Origin: Takakia lepidozioides
Taxonomy: Eukaryota; Plantae; Bryophyta
Length of the DNA stretch: 64,000 nucleotides
NCBI GenBank assembly: GCA_030704615.1
Contig: CM060733.1
Coordinates: forward strand, 58,528,001-58,592,000
Reading direction: 5' to 3'
Numbering within the stretch: position 1 is the first letter of the stretch; the number at the start of each line of letters is the position of its first letter. The position numbers were made by a program, and so were the translations under genes. The notes below the pieces were generated by a model. That model ran no database searches. It saw only the letters and a list, made by a program, of their open reading frames with translations, and had not been told where the DNA came from. Shown one piece after another: positions 60,176 through 64,000 of this stretch.

Positions 60176-60599
60176 GTGTGTCGCGGCCCTTTGCCTTGAG
60201 GGCGGGGGGTCGGGACACAAGAGGGCTGCCCCTGTGGTGGGGGCAGTGGCAGCAAATAGGGAAGGGGGCTGAAGCACCCTTGAGTGCCAAAGGCACTCAA
60301 GGAGGCGGTGGCGCTCACTAGGCGGAGCCCCGCAAATCGGGTGGCGGTGGTGGGGGCTCCACGAGGGGTGGTGGTAGCGTAGGGAGTCGTAGTGGGGGTG
60401 GCATAGGACTCACCATGAGGCTGAGGTCTTGTGGTGGGAGTTGTGGGGAGTCTTGGGACTCACCACGGTCCATTGGGACCGTGGTGGGTAGGCCAAGGCT
60501 CACTGCGGCTCACCACTGGGACGATCGAGGGTCTAAGTGGTGGTGCACCAGATTTGGACTTGGCTACTTGTGGAACCCCCGCGGACACCCACAAAAGTA

Positions 60600-63473
60600 T
60601 ATATAGTATTGTGGACCTCACTGCAAACTGTGGCGCATCCATGGTGCTGCACACTATGCACGTGACTGCTTCAAGAAAAAGCTAGACGATGAGAAGAAGA
60701 AGACGTTTCAAAATGAGATTTCAGCATTGGCTGAAAGGACTGAACTTATTGTTGTAGCTTTCTCAATCTCTATGAGTTGCAGAGATGTATGGTTCATTGA
60801 TACAGGGGCATCTCAGCATATGACGTTCCAGAAGGAAGCATTCTCAACCTTCAAAGAACTCTCTGTGGGACACAAGGTGTATCTTGGAGACAACAGTACT
60901 AGTCTTGATATCCATGGAAAATGTACTGTTGTGTTTCAATTATCATCTAGAGTGTCGAAGAAGATCGGAGGAGTTCTCTTTGTTCCTGGATTGACAAAGA
61001 ACCTATTGTCAGTTAGTCAGCTAACTGAGCAAGGTCTTACGGTTGAATTTTCTACCAATCATTGCTAGGTGAAGTTTGGTAGTGAAGTGATAGCTGAGGC
61101 AGTGAAAGATGCAAGATTGTAGAAGCTGGTTGGGGTTGTCCAGGCTTTATATGCGGAGTGTACTACTACGCTCAAGCAGAGTGACCTCTGGCATCAGAGA
61201 CTTGGACATGTCTCAATGCAAAGTTTGGCATGCATATCAGCTAACAATCTGGTTAAGGGCATGGATCTTACAGGAGATCGGATCTTGAGTTTTTGTGACG
61301 GATGTATGTACGGTAAACACCATCGCAACTCATTTCCAAATAATGGAGGTTCTCGAACAAATAAGGTTCTTGAGCTGGTTCATACAGATCTATGCGGTCC
61401 TATGTCAACTGAATCTCATGAAGGTGCAAAGTATTTCTTGACCTTCTTTGATGATTTTTCCAGGAAAACATTTCTCTACACGATGCAAAACAAGTTTGGA
61501 GTTCTTGATAGGTTCAAGGCATTCAAAGCTTTGGTGGAGAATCAAACTGGAGAAAAAATCAAAGCTCTTCGGTATGATGGTGGTGGTGAGTACATCTTAA
61601 CTTTAACCAGTTCTGTAGGGGGAATGGTATTGTGAAACAATCAACCACACCATATACACCAGGACAGAATGGAGTTGTAGAGAGGAAGAATCGAATGTTT
61701 GTTGAGAGTGTGAGGTGTATGTTGCAACACATGAGGTTGGACCACCGTTTCTGGGCAGAAGTAGTGGCGACTGCAACATACCTCTAGAATCGACTTCCTA
61801 CTAAGGCAATCTCTACAAAGATACTTGAAGAGGTTTGGAAGGATGCAATGAGGAGTGGGAACTCTTCACACTGGAAGGAAGTTATGGCATCTGAGTTTAG
61901 GTCTCTTCAGGATAATAAGACTTGGAGTCTTGTTCAACTTCCATCTGGACGGCAGTATGTTGGCTGCAAATGGATTTTCAAGGTTAAGTACAATGCAGAT
62001 GGTTTTGTAGCAAGGTACAAAGTGCGCTTGGTTGCAAAGGGGTTTTTGCAAATTGAAGGTATTGATTACAATGAAACCTTCTTCCCTGTTGCACGGATGG
62101 AGTCAATTCGAGTGATTCTAGTGTTTGTTGTTATTGAAAATCTTAAGGTACATCAAATGGATGTATGTACAGCCTCTCTCAATGGAGATCTTATGGAAGA
62201 AATATACATGGACCAGCCGGAGGGATTTGCTGTAAAAGGGAAGGAAATGATGGTGTGTAAGCTCCTCAAGTCCTTGTATGGTTTGAAGCAATCCCCGAGG
62301 GCATGGAATTTTTACCTGAACCAGCGTAAGTATCTTGAAGATATCTTAAGGCGCTTTGGTATGGCTGAAAGTATGCTGGTAAATACCCCGTTTGTCCCAA
62401 ATTGCAAACTCTCAAATGAGATGAGTCCTAAGAGTGCTGCAGACTTGGAGACAATGAGAGATGTTCCCTATCATAGTGTTGTGGGAAGTCTCATGTATGC
62501 AATGGTCTGTACTAGGCCAGATATTGCAGAAGCAGTAGGGGTTGTAAGCCAATTTGTGACTAACCCTGGGCAACTCCATTGGGTTGCAGTAAAGCGGATT
62601 TTCCAGTGTTTGCAAAAGCACAGAGCTATACGGCTATTGTGATGCAGATTGGGCTGGTAATGTTGATGACCGCCACTCTACAACTGGCTATGTTTTTATG
62701 CTAGCAAATGGAGCTGTAAGCTGGAGCAGCAAAAAGCAATCTTCAATTGTTATGTCCTCAACTGAGGCAGAATATATGGCTGCATCTCAAGCTACAAGAC
62801 AAGCATTATGGTTATCATCATTTCTCTCTAGTATTGGTCGTCCATAGAGGGATACCATGGTCATATATGATGATAACCAAGGGTGTATTGCTCTCTCAAA
62901 GAATCCAATGTTTCATGCTCGCACAAAGCATATTGAGATTCATCATCATTTGGTACGAGAGAAGACTGAAGCTGGAGTTGTCATGCTTGTATATTGCAAC
63001 ACCAACAACATGGTTGCAGACATACTGCAACCATGGTTGCGCTTTCGAGGCTTAATGGGAGTAGTTAAGTGCTTAACTTGGTAACTCGTTGAGTGGGGGT
63101 GTTGGAAATCAACTTTTGACCAAGTTACTACTATCTAGATCAGTTACTATGATGACAAGTCAGGCTTCAATAATAGCAGTGCTGACAAGTCACAGTTAAC
63201 AATAGAGATAAGCCTCAGTTAGCTAAAAGATAGCTAAAGTTAGCTTCAGTTATTAGTGACTCAAGTCATTGTACCAAAATAGCAGGTGGAGATAACTTAA
63301 GTAAAAGCATGGAATTATGCTATAGTTATCTCAGCTATTTATGTATTAGACTTTGAGTATAAATATGGAGAGTTCGGAGGGTGGACACACAGCTTGTTGT
63401 GGTCCTATGGTTGGGTGGAGAGTTCTCAGTAATCAATTCATCTTTTATCTCTATTCTCTGTCGAATTCCAACA
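60600..63473 (+). mobile_element. Ty1/copia retrotransposon remnant with 3' LTR
   Basis: Protease WFIDTGASQHMT, integrase LVHTDLCGPM, RT GCKWIFKVK and HQMDV, RNase H IYDDNQGCIAL...RTKHIEI. PPT GAGTGGGGG, then LTR TGTTGGAA...TTCCAACA at 63100-63473. Stops and internal deletions; no 5' LTR seen. Confidence 0.92.
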
Positions 63474-63478
63474 TAATG

Positions 63479-63965
63479 TACCCTGACCCGCCAATTGCAT
63501 GATACCCTGACCCGGGCCCTATTGGCACGGTACGTAATTGCTACCAAAACCGGACCCTAACCTGAATCCAAGCCTCTAAAGATATTGGATTGGTTTCTGT
63601 CCACCTCACATGGTCCGGGTTGAAAAAAAGAACGGTGACCGATAGTCAAATTAAAAGGAGAAACAAAGAAAATATAACCCTAAAGAAAGTCCTGAAGCAG
63701 ACGAGGGGGATACCACCCCGATTGTTCTCTATTTTTTTTTCTAGCTGAAGAAGGGGCCCCATTTTTTTTTAAAGTGTTGAAAACAAGAATTAGTTGCTCC
63801 ATTTTCTATTGGACTGTTTTAACATTTTTTTTCATTATTATTGTGTTGCGCCATTATTTGTTTTATAGGCCCGGACCCTTAATCCACCTTGGCCCTGACG
63901 GTATGTTATATGAATACCCGAACGTACCCTAACCCGACTCTTATTTTACCCTGACCCGACCCGGA
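63479..63965. repeat. ACCCTGACCCG-type short repeats, probably subterminal repeats of a non-autonomous DNA element
   Basis: CCCTGACCCG at about 63481, 63505 and 63949, plus CCCTAACC and CCCTGACG variants. Confidence 0.4.
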
Positions 63966-64000
63966 TTCTTTTAATTTGTATGTGCACACAAATTTGAAAC

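Overview
Eukaryotic, intron-containing plant DNA. It is most likely from a non-seed land plant such as a moss or liverwort; this is inferred from the PLS/DYW PPR style, a Tcn1/Tf1-like gypsy element and RTE-X-like LINE ends. Two host genes look intact: a 23-exon full-size PDR-type ABCG transporter (11336-27152, +; summed CDS 4506 nt, 1501 aa) and a single-exon F-box/kelch-type gene (28257-29432, -). The rest is mostly transposon debris: L1 LINEs, a CACTA transposase, RTE-X-like 3' ends in ABCG introns, two tRNA-derived SINE families, gypsy and copia remnants, and a pair of PIF/Harbinger TIRs 13.2 kb apart enclosing PPR-DYW, PPR-E, kinase and CDC20 fragments. The most unusual region is about 32.7-41.3 kb. 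A Mutator-like (MULE) transposase sits head-to-head with a spliced, now degenerate gene joining a ParB/Srx-like domain (DGNHR) to a prokaryote-type beta-class N6A/N4C DNA methyltransferase fold. The introns of that gene carry ten copies of a 24-bp palindrome (CAGGCTTGCGTYRACGCAAGCCTG). This suggests a plant DNA transposon carrying its own ParB/parS-like DNA-modification module. That reading is a hypothesis from manual motif recognition; no database searches were run.
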